From Iphione sp. A-MEVVRFRX5 (Eukaryota), in contig OZ320319.1 in NCBI GenBank assembly GCA_976226885.1, positions 23,002,001 to 23,066,000 on the forward strand: a stretch of 64,000 nt of DNA, written 5' to 3'. A program made the translations under genes and the position numbers. Below, one piece after another: positions 37,975 through 52,100 of this stretch. Every line of letters begins with the position of its first letter. The first letter of the stretch is position 1. The notes beneath the pieces were generated by a model. It saw nothing but the letters and a program-made list of their open reading frames with translations, was not told where the DNA came from and did no database searches.

Positions 37975-38005
37975 CCACAACACAATGTTTCACAGAAATA
38001 TGCTG

Positions 38006-38164
38006 CAGGCCCGTAGCCAAGGGGGTATCGGGGGTATCGTCCGATACCCCCCAAAGCCATTAACGCCTATTTGCTTCTATAGAGAAGGAATAAAATTAGT
38101 TCCACCTCTGCTGTATTGGGGTATCTTCCGATACCCCCGAAAAATGTTCCTGGCTACGGGCCTG
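38006..38164. mobile_element. 159-bp MITE with 14-bp perfect TIR and 5-bp TSD in the lectin 3' region
   Basis: TGCTG|CAGGCCCGTAGCCA ... TGGCTACGGGCCTG|TGCTG, with two internal hairpins GGGGTATCNTCCGATACCCC. Confidence 0.85.
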
Positions 38165-38289
38165 TGCTGGAAGCTTGTACGGAAAGGCTGGACTCAGATC
38201 CTCTGTTATATTTAATTAAATATTTATCAATACTCAGTTTTAATTTTTCTCTCATTACTCTGCATCCTTTTGCCAAGAAATGCTAACTG

Positions 38290-38950
38290 GAATCCCGCAC
38301 CTGCTGTTCAATCAAGTGGAAAAATTTGTTTCTGCTTGGTTGACTGTACATTACTGCATATTCTGTCTTATACACTTGAAAATATGGTTTCCCTGGTTTT
38401 TGCTATTGAAAATGCTTTAAATCATACAAGTGTAAGCCAGTAACAAGCGTTCATATAGAAAATACCATGTAAAAATGGCTTGACGAAATGGTTTAAGAGA
38501 AAAAAGATCACAAGACAGACGACGGCCAGACAGCAGCAATAAAAGTGAACGTGGTTCTTCAAACGCCTTTTACATCAACCCATGCGCTGTACCTGAATCT
38601 TTTGCTTTTTTTGTATGATAATTTGTTTTTCAAAGAGTGACATTTTAACGAGAACCCACGCAGTGTGCTCTCCCCTGCCTGGTGTCCAATCAAGTGGAAC
38701 TAAGTGTTTCTGCTCTGATGAGCATGTAGATAACTCTACATTCTGCTATACCCATGTAAATACGGTTTCCCTTATTTGTGTTATTTTAAATGCTTTGAAT
38801 TGTACCCAAATAAGCCAGTAACAAGCCTCCATATAGAAGAATAATATGCCCAAAGAAAGGCTTCATCTGACTCAAATGGTTTAGCATGTACTGTGTAGAT
38901 AAAACCACAGCACCATGACAGAGGTCGGACGGTGGAACAGCAGCAATCCT
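38290..38950. repeat. Old diverged tandem duplication (~370-400 bp period)
   Basis: Shared colinear blocks CAATCAAGTGGAA, GGTTTCCCT, AATGCTTT, TAAGCCAGTAACAAGC, AAATGGTTTA and ACAGCAGCAAT occur in both halves. Confidence 0.75.
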
Positions 38951-39439
38951 CATGTCTCCAGCTCTAGGAGACAGGGACAAAAACAAAGACGATGCATGAT
39001 AATAACACAAATGTAAAAAGGGAGACTGGCTGGTAGAGACATATGCTTGTTCTCTAATTTGACTTTGGCCTACGCATACACTTAGTATTCTCTGACATCT
39101 ACTCCCATCCTAAGCCAAACTACCCTGGGAGTTTCCAATGTTCCTGCCCATGCTTTCTAACAGGTGTTGATTCACGCTTATGCCATACGAGTGGGTGGGT
39201 TTATATCATACTGTAAACCCTTGCTATTGCAGGACTCCTTGGTTTCATGTAGTTATGCCTGCAATGGCGAGGTGACAATACTAAAGGACTTGCTGGAAAA
39301 GAAAAAAAACTCAGCAAATGCAGCTATCATTGAGAGGGACTCTGGAGTGACATAATGTTCAAATATTGAAGGGTCTGTTGTCACCCCGCCAAAAAGTGAT
39401 CATATTGTGGCACATGCATTATATAGAAGAGTGGGCAAG

Positions 39440-40070
39440 GCTCTGGGAAGCACCTGACGAGGTGTGAGACCGTCTAAAGGCGACAGGAGGAAGACTAAGG
39501 AAGGGCAGAAACACCTGAGCAGGTGTAGGAACTTGTAAGAGCGACAGGAGGACGGCCAAGGGTGGGGATAGCACCTGGAGAAGTGTGGAACCTTCTAAGA
39601 GCAACAAGAGGAGGGTTCTAATATGGTTGGAGGTGACGTACCTATTCTTTTAATGTCCAAGCTAGAATTGTGAAACTTCGGACCCAGCACTGGCCTAATT
39701 AGGTCAGAGCTGCGCGCTGTGCTTGTTCAACATGCTATCAGAAACTCGGGAGGGCGTCGACTCAACTTTAGCACATAGGGCTATGGAGATAATAGATTGT
39801 TTTCAGGCAAAATACAACATATTACTCTGACTTATTTTTATATATCATGTAAACCCTTATTTTGTGCTGGGTAGCTTAGGTAAGGAAAGGGGTAACACCT
39901 CAGGAGGCGTAGGAACTTCTAAGGCTGGTGGAAGCATCAGAGGAGACTAAATACCGGCCCTAATTGCTTAGGTAAGGAAGGGGGTAATGCCTGAGGAGGC
40001 ATAGCAACTTCTAAGGCTGGTGGAAGCATCAGAGGAGGCGTGAGACCCTCTAGGAGCGACAGTATAGGGC
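39440..40070. repeat. Two clusters of a related degenerate minisatellite (39440-39610 and 39880-40070)
   Basis: Recurrent GG(C/T)GT(A/G)GGAAC(T)TCTAAG, GAGCGACAG and GCTGGTGGAAGCATCAGAGGAG units. Confidence 0.65.
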
Positions 40071-41639
40071 CATACAATAGACGTCGCAAGGTGAGGGTCT
40101 CGCTGGCCTCCCTTCCGTGTTTGGTATAGTGAGGGAATAGCACATAGGCATATAGAGGAATCTAATCTGTTCCAAGGATATGTGCCTGGAATAGTGAAGG
40201 TACTGGAATAGCGAGGTGACAGAGTAAGGATTTACTGTAGTTTCATTACTGTGTTGGCCTATCATACTCAGTAAGGCTGAACGATTTGAAGGATCCTTTT
40301 TAACTATCATTTCCAACACAATTCCTTGTCTCTCAAATTTAAGAAGGTTGCACAATGATTTTCGAATAGGCAATTTATTACCCGCAAAAGATACATGGTA
40401 AAACATTAAATTTCATAAGATTGCATCATATTACTATGCAAAAGGCTACCTTTGTTTAAGTTTCTTAACTCTTAAATTAGACTCGTGTTCCTGTTTCCTT
40501 TTGCTGGTTTTCTTTTTTAGTTCACCAGCTCTATTCTGAGTCGCATCGATCTTGTCTAGTATTGTGTCCGGAAAAAGTTCATCATTAGAGCAGACTTGGT
40601 TCACTGCCTCCTGAATTTCCTTTTGAATATAGCCCGATGGTCTTGGAACCTGCAAAAAAGGGTACAAATAGTTGTTGGAAAATGAACTGCAGAAATTTGT
40701 ACACATGTATTTAATATTCGCTTCCCAAAATAAAAAATGCGTCTTATGGTGCTAATGTATAATATGGATAAGTCTGTATAGCTGCCTGAGACAACAGGAT
40801 GTGTATGTATGAGCAAATGGAAGTGACTGGAAGTATGGAGGAACTACGAAGGGTAACCACACTTACAGAACACAACAGGACTGATCACTGATGCATTCAG
40901 ATGTGGAGGGGTCGCTATGTCTTGTGTGTCTGAGCCAACAGACAACAAAGACGCTTGGGAGGAGATCGACATGCAACTGAAGTATGGAATGATCTGGGCA
41001 TCAAAAGATCTGGCATAGAAATTGAATGTAAATGGCTAGACCGTTCTAAGCCCTGCATATATGGGAATCCAATGAGCCGATCACCAGCTGTTTAAGCAAT
41101 TTGATTGGGCCAATCCCATTATGAAGTCAGAATTTGGTAAAAATTATGTCTGTAGTACCTGGGTAATTGAGCTCAATTGACCTGCTTGCCCAAGGCAAAT
41201 GAGCATGGTGCAACTACTGGAGTAATTACGCTTCCTGGTGGTACTTAAAGCAAATAACTCACCCCCCCCCCAGGGGGAACTGAGCTCTGAGCTTCTAAAC
41301 TGGTCTTACCCAGTTGAGCTCTTTGATTGCTTGAAGATGATCCTTGCACCCCCACGGGGTCAACAAGTGCATTTTCATGCTCATCCACCATCTCTGGTGG
41401 GGCTTTCTGTTTTCAAGTCGACACCACAGCAGGATACAGAACAATTTGCATTGGAATGCTTGCTGACTTCATGAGCAAAGACGCTTTATTGGCAGACCCC
41501 TTCTCAGAGGTAGTGTCTATTTTCGCTTATGAGATGACCTGGTAGATGTGCCAGGGGCATTGTCACCCTCGGCACCTCTCAGCATGCTTGCCAACTCCAC
41601 GATCAAATGACATAAAGATCTTAGTAAACATACAACTTA

Positions 41640-41790
41640 CACATTATGTTACTTCCCCCTTAGTGTCCTACCTTATATGAATGTCCCATATGTCCCACCT
41701 TATGTTACTATCCAGATATGGCCCACCTTATGTTACCATCCAATATGTCACACCTCATGTTACTCTCCCAATACCTGACACCTTATGGTA
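41640..41790. repeat. Degenerate ~26-bp minisatellite (CACCTTATGTTAC..TCC..ATATG)
   Basis: About five visible units. Confidence 0.75.
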
Positions 41791-43153
41791 GTCAACTCTT
41801 GTTTGGAGGATCACCTTTGGCATAACTAAAATTTTATCTCTGTTGTGATCGTTTCCTCTGTGGTCTCTATGTAGAAATATATGCGTTTGGTTCTATAAAT
41901 GTCTGGTTTCTGGTAGGGCTTGGCCTCCCCTATGATCTAGTCGTTTAGTGAGAGTTGAATATACTGTAGTGGTATGTTACTTGTCATAATATGTCGCATG
42001 TTTGGTTACTGTCCCCATATATCATTCTTGGAGTGGGAAATCCGGGTACTTGTGGCGAGTAAGATGTAAACAATAGGTTGTCAAACCCTTTTTAGTACAG
42101 ATTTCTAAAGTGTCTTGTATATTCTTTGGGATATATACATATGTTTATGGTTAACCTAAAAGACCAAATTAGTGTCTAAATTTATAGTCTTTGTTAAAAG
42201 TCATAATTCTGGAAAAATACTACAGAGGTGAAAAGTGGGTGATAATCAGGGAGTTTCTGCATATTCTACTGTGAACTCTAAAGCCTGGTAAAAACAAACC
42301 AATGATAATTTTGACATTTTCATTTCAGCTTAAGGTAGTTCTACATGTGTCTTAATCATAATGTCAGAGTTAGCACTGAAGTCAAAGCCAAATCATTATT
42401 ATAAGACAAAACAGTACAATGGTTCAAAGAGAAAAGTCCACTTGTTTTCACCTCCACACTGGGCTCCCTGACCTATATTTGACTAAGGGTACCAGTCTTA
42501 TCAGCCACTGTGACGTCATGCCCACTTGAAGAATGTTGTATGCCACCATCTCCACATGGCACATTTTTTTTTTTTTTTAAACTTTTATTTAACCTTGGGG
42601 TGATATACATAGAAATATGTAAAAAGACCAGGATCCAGCGACATACAAATAATGAAATGTTTAACGGCAACACAAATATTCTACATTATGCATAATGTAA
42701 GTTATCATTTTGTCTTAACAGTATAGACACCCAACTATATTTTTAGATTTTAACCGTTTATAAATGAAACAATGCAATCTTATGTTGCTGTCCCCCATTC
42801 CCCATCACACATTATGTGACTATCCATATATCAAACATGCAAATATGGGTAGACACCCGATCTTGTGACTATATACATATTCACCGATACCCCCGCCCCA
42901 GGTGCATTTACAGTCGGACTTTGTTAAAGCGTGAGCTGCTGGTGATCTCGGTGGCAAACTAGTTCAAGCGATTACAACAACTTACACCATGAGGATGATA
43001 TTAATCATCATAGTCCCAGTTGGCTGCACGTACATGTGTGTTCGCTAATAAAGCCACCTCGGAGCCAATCTCTGTACTTTCCAGCCTCTCTAGACATTAT
43101 TGAAAGGACTGTACTACGTAAGGACAGTTTCTGCTGTGTTTGTGTGAACGTAC

Positions 43154-46100
43154 CTTCTTGTTTGCCGGTTTGGAAGGAACTGGTGGCACAAACGACATGA
43201 GGAAAGGGTCATACTCCTCATACAACTCTGACGGCGACCTGAGATGGAAAAAGAACAGAAAACAAACGACTGAAATACCTACACCATCACTGATTTTGCT
43301 TTACCACTGAAACTGCACAACTGTACAAGTGCCTTGTTAAATGTAGCTACTGCAATATAAACTTCATAATGATAATCAAAAGCAAGTCAAGTCCTATTGA
43401 TAGCTGCTATATAAAGTAATGTATAGAAAAAATTGTAAAATTTGTATTAAAAACAACAGTCTGTTTTTGAGTCAAACTGGGGATACGTTCAATACCTCCT
43501 ACTGAATTTTGGGGTTCATAATATGTTGTGTTGAAGGCAATTTCAAAGATAATCTGATGTACACTGGAGTCCCGGTGAAAGATCAGATCACAAGGGAGAT
43601 CAAATCGGGCAGAAACCAAGATATCTATGACCAAATGATTTATTACAACATGTCTAATGAGACCAAAACTGGTCAGTCCCAAGCTTGGTCTCCTATGTGG
43701 GTCTAAACTGTAAGTAAATAATGCTTGAAACTCTGCCCAGCCAGGTTTTTAACAGAAGCTATTCCGATTTAGACTTGTGTGCATCTTTGACGGGCATTAT
43801 TATTGGATACTGAAGCTTGTACTGTAAAAAGTGCACCGGGACTGAGAGGCAGCTTGGCAGTTGTTGCATGGACCAAACTCCCTTAAAGCCAGACAAACAT
43901 TTGCCTGTTTGCTGCCTTATCAGCCAGCCTGCAACAATGCATAATTTATTTGCCTTATCAGCCACCCTGCAACAATGCATAATTTGTTTGCCTTTTGTGA
44001 TATCAAAATTGTTTGCCTTTTGTGATATCAAAATAGACTATCTGTCACAGAAAATACACCATTAAAAAAGTTTATTTGTAACAGTTTGCTTTCGTGGCCA
44101 GCGAAACCTCAACCGATCCACAGCCAATGACAGTATGGGCTTTTAGCAGTGTTTTGGTCATGTGCACACCGTAAAGATGGAGGATGAAATCTCTAGTTAA
44201 AATCTGAAAGCATCAACAATGGGGAACCTGAAAAGTTAACAGTCGGCCACTCGAGACTTACTTTCTGCTGAGATCAACAGGCAAGTGCCCAGCCCCTTGA
44301 GAAGGCGCCTTGTGTAGGAGATGGGAGGAGTACTGACGAACCGTTGGATGGTAACTCCTCTGTAAACAAAGAGGATACAGCAATGATCTCTACTCTCTGA
44401 GTGGAGGAGATAGTATGAGAGGGAGAGAGAGATTGGGGAGAGGGAGGGAGAAAGAGAACTGTGGTGGGGGAGATACAGAGAGAGAGAATAAGAGAAGAGG
44501 TGAAGAGAGACAGGGACACAAGAAAGGTTGAGAGAAAGGAGTGATGAGTGTGATGAAGAACAGAGAGAATGATAGAAGAGGCCAAGTCCATGATACCACA
44601 AATCACAAAAGAAATACACACAAAATCAACAAAGTAAAGTTGAAAAAATACTCCCTTTGATGATCCTGATAGCAATAGAAATAGCAGAAAGATAGAACAG
44701 TGACAGAACAGTAAGAATCCTAAGACAGGTCTGAACTGGGTGACTGCTAGACTAAAAGTGACAACAACCAAGATGGCTGACTGTGGTGGCGCCACTGGGC
44801 TGTATCTCAGGGAGACACCTAGTGTCCTATGCTGGTACTAAAGTTACATGTATACAGAAAGACAGACAGAAAGAAAACGGTGGAGAGGATGGAGAGAGTC
44901 AAGCAGGGAAGGACACACAGGGTACAGTCAAAATCAAACCTGACATTAAGTGGTAGCAAATGGTTTTGTAGGTTATACCGAAATGTCGGGTGGTAAATCC
45001 ACATGAGGCCCAACAATTAAATGGTTACAGTGAATGATGTCAGAAACATAGGTAATGTCAGTTTCTGGGTAGTAAGCGAGGATGACAGTCAGGTACCGCT
45101 TAATCAACGTGAACCTGACCATGTGGTCCAGCGAGTCTCCCCTACATGGACAGCCTAGCATGTCCTGGTGGTGACTGTTTATTAAAACAGCTTATGAGCT
45201 TGGTCTCAAATCCATTATCAAAACACCAAGGTTACATAGAAAAGCCTACTTAGACGCTCTTTGGCTACAACATAAATGATATAGAAATATACAATCCTTA
45301 CAGTCGCCTGGTCATATCAGCACGAGGATTCTAAATAAAACGAGTACTCATAAACACACCTCGGTGTGTACTAATAATGTAATTCTGACCTAGGGTATGT
45401 GAAACTTGTATAAAGGTGCATTAATAGCATTGTGACTAAAACGAGGTACATGTATATAGTGCTTACCCAGAGCCAGTGAGGCTTTTTTTCATTATAACTG
45501 AAATGTTGTTTAAGCATAAGAAGAAAGTACTGCTTACTCCCAGCATATTAAGCATACGCAGGGGTATAACGATGCAGTTCTAACTGGAGAGTTGAGTCCT
45601 CGAGCAATGCGGCGCTTACCGGCAGCAAATCAAGACTGTAAACGAGTTACATTTTCGTATCATACTACCTGGATTGTTTGCCTGGAGACAATGCAGTGCT
45701 TACCCGCAGCATATGAAGTTCATACAGTGACGTATTGACAGCGTTGCAGTGTTCTGGCTCCTCTAGTTCAGGAAGGAAAAGGCCACTACCAATGGTATCA
45801 GTATCAAACAGGAGATCCATCTTTGGGTCCGCCTAGGAACAATAAGAAAGAACCAAGGTGTGTGACATTAAGACCAATGATAATCTCCGGAACGTGTCAT
45901 TTTTATTTAGAGAAATATTGTTCATGCTGACAATAGACCAGGTACAACAGACCAAAGTATAATCAAACTCACTAGGAAGAATGATCGTGCCATGGCCAAG
46001 AGAGCTAGGCTGCCGTTCGAGCTGAGATGCAGTGCCAGAGTGGTGAGTCGCTTGGTGAAGGCGAGAAGGCGATGCTGTGAAATCTATGAAAACAAACATG

Positions 46101-49100
46101 ATGGGGATGTATTAAGTACTGCTTCTTTCTTTAAGCACCCAATGTTACCTTATACAGTTAAAAAAAATTCACCTTGCGGGGAACTAACTGAGAAGGGCAA
46201 CTCAGAATTAAGGGCATATTTGGCTTGTCCAAATGGTCTGTTTTTGTAAATGTAACCAACTCAGATAGGACGGATCCTTATAATTGAGGGCAACATTGTG
46301 TGGTCTTATCAGTGGTCGTAATTAGGAGATGTACTTGCAAATGTAATTTCAATTTATTCGTAAAAAAAATGCATAAGCATCACATAGATACAATAAACAA
46401 ATGCCCCCCCCCTCAGTCTCTGGAATCGACAAATAAAAGAGTAGCAAAACGCTGAATTGCTTTAGTCTAGCAATACACCTGTGGGGCTGAATTTGAGTCA
46501 AAGACACTATGTCCTGCACACAAGTAATGGGCTATCCTCTACCAGCTGAGGAATGCTCCAGTGATTTTCGCCCACTCACCTGTCGCTTTCTCTTGTTGAT
46601 CATGAGGTCCAGACATTCTAAAGCAATGGGCAGGTCGCTGCTGGAGCTGCCAGCATGGACGTCCAGCAGTGACGTGTACAGGTGACTATAGAAACGTATC
46701 GGGTCAATATTGAGGGCAGAGCCCTGACCCGACAGGATCTTGAAGGCAGTCTGCACACAGTGCAGGGACTCCCGGTAGGTTAGGTCCTAATGATTGAAAG
46801 TAGAAGGCTTAAGATTCACCTGAATTTGTTTAAAATGTAAGAAAAGAATTATAAAAGTATCCATAACAGTATGCGAATATTGCAACACTTAAGCATGAAA
46901 GCCGAGTTTAATTTACATATATTCGTGCCAAACTACGGATGAATTAAACTTACCCCTGAGTCAACCAGTTGGGTGAGCACAGCGAAGAGGTCATCGAAGA
47001 ACTCAACATTTATGAGATGGGCAAACCTGGAGAGAGTAGCAGACGACTTTTAATACTCTGAGCCTGGAATGCCTCGAATTCACTGAATAATCCGCTTCCA
47101 ATCAAGGAACAGTCATTATTTTCTGCTCATAGTTTCTAATTATTCATAATTTTCCACTTAGACTTTGTATGGGTGACCACGAACATTCAAAGCGGTTATA
47201 TATGCTGCAAGAATCACTTATAAGAAATGCACTGAATCGAACTTTACAAATTCTCTCCGTAAGACATGTCAATAATAGGACCCTATGCATATGTGAATGT
47301 GCATTCATTCAAGTTTGTTCTCATGTCTTACTTTGCAAGTCCTTCAAGCACCGTGGAGAGCAGACCAGAGGTTGTGCCCATCTTCAAGATGCGGAAGTAC
47401 GTGAGGAAGATCATATTGATGATTTCTGTGTTCTAAACCAGAGACAGAAACAAACAGGTTAACTTCAACAGTGCTAAAGCCAGGAAACATTTCTCCAAAA
47501 TCTTATTTTCATGGAGATGAATTTCCTCGACGTCATGTGGATAATGGTGCTTATATATGAAAAAAACCCATTAAATATAGAAAATTCCACTTTCTACATG
47601 ATCAAAGGGTCTATGGAGCAATGAAAGGGACTTCATCATTATACCTAGACCCCCCCACACACACAGGTCGATCCCTAGACATTAACACGAAGGATAGCGA
47701 CATTCCCACATCTATAACACCTTAGTATGATGGATTAAGCCTTTGGAGCTGACAATGCCTCCGGTGGTCCACTTCATGGGTCTGCTATGTCTGTATCCCT
47801 ACCAGTCTGTTCCATTTAGACTCAACTGATGGACATCTTCTATATTTTACATCGATGTGCATCGTCTCCATCACATCCCTTCTATTCGGACTTACCAATC
47901 GGAGTCGTTTTTGTGTCGTGTCAGCTGCGGCGGCCTCCTCTAGCTCCTTCTCCAGGTGCTGCATCTGCTTCTTCCTCTACACGACCATCCGAGAGCCACA
48001 ACACGAATGAAAGAGAATCTGTTATTACACACTCCATGGGCAGCTCCATTTGCAGCAAATAACAACGAACACTCACAGAGGTTTCTCTCATTTAATTTGA
48101 ACAGTTTTAAAACCCAATCAAAATGCATTTACCATGTATCTAAGTCGAAGTCAGCAAGTAAGAAAGTCTCTTTTTCACAGAATTTGTAGTGATCTTTAAG
48201 CCCAAACAAATTTAAACTGCACATTGTTTTTGGTCACCAAAAGTAGTATTTTCAAACAGATGAACGGCCTCTAATACAGACAAATGTTCATGTAAACTGT
48301 CTTCCCACCTTCCAAGAATCTTTCAGAAAGGCTGTGTAAAACAAAAAAAAAGAAAAAACAGCCCTGCACTATTAGAGAGAAACCTAGTTTCTTGATCACC
48401 TTGCGATCTCGCCGTGACATCTTCGAGAGATTCTCCCTCCTGGCTTTCTTGTTGTCTTGCGGTGTTCGATCGACTTCCTTGATCTTCAGTGACAACAGGG
48501 TCATTAGCATCTTGGGCTGAACGTCGAAGTGGCAGGCTTTGGTCACTCTGCCTATTAACCTCACCACCTGGAAAACAGTTGAAAATAAGAAATCTGACAC
48601 AACGGGCACTGTCTGTGGTGACTAGAACGACAGGGAGAATTAGAGAGACAAACACAGATGGTGACAAAAGAGGAGGATTTGTCTTGGTGTGAAGTCTGCA
48701 GGTTCTCCCATGCTAACATTCAATCAGTATTGCTCGTTTATGTGAAAACATTACAAAGAGATACCCTGTACTAAATCTGTAGAAACTATGATGTAACCCT
48801 TGTCTTAAATTTGTAAAGACTACATAGTAACCCTGTATTAAATCTCCGGAGGTTATAATGTGAACCTTTACCTCTAGTGTTACTTCTCCAGAGCGATCAT
48901 CCTTGAAGATGCGCTTCATGGCATTACAGACAATATCCGAGGCCTGAAAGAGGGTCAGATTGTAAGATAAGGTACATTTTAATTCTAAAAAGGTTAAGTT
49001 AAGACTATCAACCTCAATAGCTAGGAATCCAGAATTCCATCAAATCGATCACAAATTCCTATAATTGATCCAAACCTGAGCAAAGAACGTCAAAGAAATA

Positions 49101-52100
49101 GTATTAGAAGGGTGGAGCCCCAGCTAAAAGTCTTATCACTGCGACAACTGCACTAAAAGTGCCTCTAGTTATAGCAGTCAACTGCAGCACCACCTGGACT
49201 ATATCACAGGTAGAAACCTAAGTGTCCACCCTCAATACGTAAGTAACCAGTTCTCCTGACAGCTTTTTAAACTGAGTAGAGGTTAAAACAAAAGACGTTC
49301 TCCCATCACTGCTGCTACCTCAAGTGAGGATATATTCTTTTAATGTTACTCATATTACAATGTGTATAATCTGATCAAGGCAACTTGTATATCACTGACT
49401 GCTGACTACAGTTTCGTACAAAATCAACTGGCTGCATACTGAATAAAGAAATGCGTGACAATATTCAAGAGTTTGTACAACTTGATGTAAGTAAACGTCA
49501 AATACGGATAAGTTTATAAATGAGAACCTAAAGAGTTTGAAATTTCAACACCCAGACACCTAGTATATGCTGCTGTTACTAAAGTCTCAAAAAAACCAAT
49601 GACTTCCATGCATCTCGCTAGCATGTACTGACGATGTTACAGTCTGTACAAAGGCTACTTTACTTACCTCAGGATCCTTCGTGTTCATGTATGGCACGAC
49701 AGTGGCAATGATGTTGGTGCGGTAGTTGAAGTGTGGGTGAGTACTTAGCAGGTCACACAGACATCGCAGTCCCAATCGGCGCATTGCCTGGAAGAGACGT
49801 GGTTTCAGCAGATGGATTACATTCTTTGTTTACTGGCACTATAGTTAAGAACTTGACTGTGACGGTATGCATAAGGTATGTTGTCGGTGTGTAAACATAT
49901 TTACTTACTGACTCAACCACTGCACTCACTCAATCATGTACTCACTCACACTATCACACACTCACACATATAAAAACACTGTCAGTCACTCACTCACACT
50001 CCCATGCATAAACATACTATGTAAATGCTCGCGCATTGAAACACTAACACGCTCGGTATGCTTGTCAGTCTGTCTGTCAGTCTGTCTGTCTGTCTGTCTG
50101 TCTCTGTCTGTCTCTGTCTTCTTCTCACACAGAGGGAGGGCTGCATTCCGATGAAAAAAAATCATTTGCTGACCATAAATTCTAGTCACAATGACATATT
50201 TGATACCTTCAGCCAGATATACATGGATCATTATTCCTAAAATATCAGGCTCATCTCAGTCTAAGTACAAAGTGATAAAGATGTACCATTACCTTGACTG
50301 CCTCTGCAGGAACCAGGGCGCCAGTTAGTTTCTTCCTACGCTTCTTGTGAATGTTACCTTTTGGTGCCTTGCCTGGTAAATGGAATATTAGGTAACATTG
50401 TTTTGTTAGCTCAAAACTATTACAGAGGGGGAATGTTACATAACAACATCTTCTGTAAAGAAATATGACTGAACCTAGAGCAAAACCGATCGTTATCAAC
50501 TGTATATGGAAAGTAGCTTTACTAGAATAGACGAAGGAATAGAGTATGGCTCGGTCCAAATTCGAAATAAAACAAAAGTTCTTACTTTTTACTAAAACGT
50601 CAAGGAATTCTAGGAAGAGTTTATAATTGTTCAGCAAGGATTCTTCATAGTCTCGAAGTTGTTTGGTCTCCTTCTTCATCTACAATGAATAGAAGTGGAA
50701 TTTGTAAAATTACAAAGTCCCAAACTATGAAAGCATCCCATGTGTGATATCATTGCCTATACATTTATATTGAAAAAAAAACGTTTGGGAAAAGTAAGCT
50801 AGATAGAGATTGCTGTCATTGTATCAATAGATATGAGTGAACCCGACAGGTTGCATGTCCTCATTAGATATTCAGGAGTACAGCAAGCTTTCCATTTTAA
50901 GTGTCATTCCTTCACTCTGTTAATATTTCATATGATGCTAGCATATTTTATCTTGGGATTATGTGGCAGTAAAATTTGCTCAGTCTGTAAATGTGTCCTT
51001 GTGAAAGACACAAAGACTTATAAATACTGTTGCGAGTGCTTCGGCATAGGGTGATGAGGATGAGACCCCCTTAGTATACCCTTCCAGTAGCCCGCGGTAG
51101 CTATCATTCAGGTTGGCTGCACCACCCTATTTCCCCGCTACCTATACTCAGGCAACCTGAGCCTTCTGACTGAAGGTTGCCTCAAACAGGAATTCCAGGT
51201 TCTCCGTCCATGCTACAATACGGTCATTTTACTGATAAACAGTCATGTTATGGATTTATATGACTGGTCTTCCTTCATCTCATCTGGGGTAGTCCTTGTA
51301 TACCAAAGTGGCCTGTTGAACTCGGAAATCACAAATTTGGATGATCTGTGACATACCATGTTGCATTATAAAAGAAAAGCAAGGTTTCGCATACTAAGGC
51401 TGATGATGCATCTTATGTACAGTACACTCAATCCTCCTTTACACCTCCCTTACACACGAGTATGAGTGCATAAGCATAATCAATTATCTTGGCCTCTCTA
51501 CAGTTACACATTATGAAAAATAATTATTTTCTAGTTTTCTTTTATTAAAATTTGATGATGAGACTCACTTACAGCTTGTGACTTTTCAGATGTGGTCGCT
51601 ACACGAATCCGGTAGTCTGGAATGATGTCCTTGAAGACTTCTGTTAACGACACAAGGGCAAGCTTCTTTGCTGTCAGAAACACATCTGGATCTTGATGAT
51701 CTAGCAACTCTCTCAGCTCTCTCAGCTTACGAATCTGCACGAGAATCACTTGTGGTCAGACCAACAGTCACGTCCTTGGCCATGTAAATTAAGAGACTAT
51801 TATGCACCATGATTTGTAGAGTGTGACAGATGAAATGGGGGTCATTGAGAACCAGATATCAGAATTAACATGCATAGATAATTTCCACTATTTTCTTGCT
51901 CAGAAACATTCCCGTTCACACGTTCAACAGTGAATTTCATGAACAAACCTTTTAATAATGATGTACATTCTGGTTAAATACGCAAAGTTATGTCAAAGAG
52001 ACTTAAACGATGCACCTATTCTTTGTTACAAATAAAGAAAAAACGTTTTTTAATTACTACAATTCCATAGCACAGTTTTATGAATCATGGAATAGAATAA

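Noticed and set aside
42380-43130. Candidates for the NOC3L terminal exon (e.g. FATEITSSSRFNKVRL* near 42909-42959)
   Set aside because: Several phase-0 options exist with no decisive similarity, so the exon was left unresolved.
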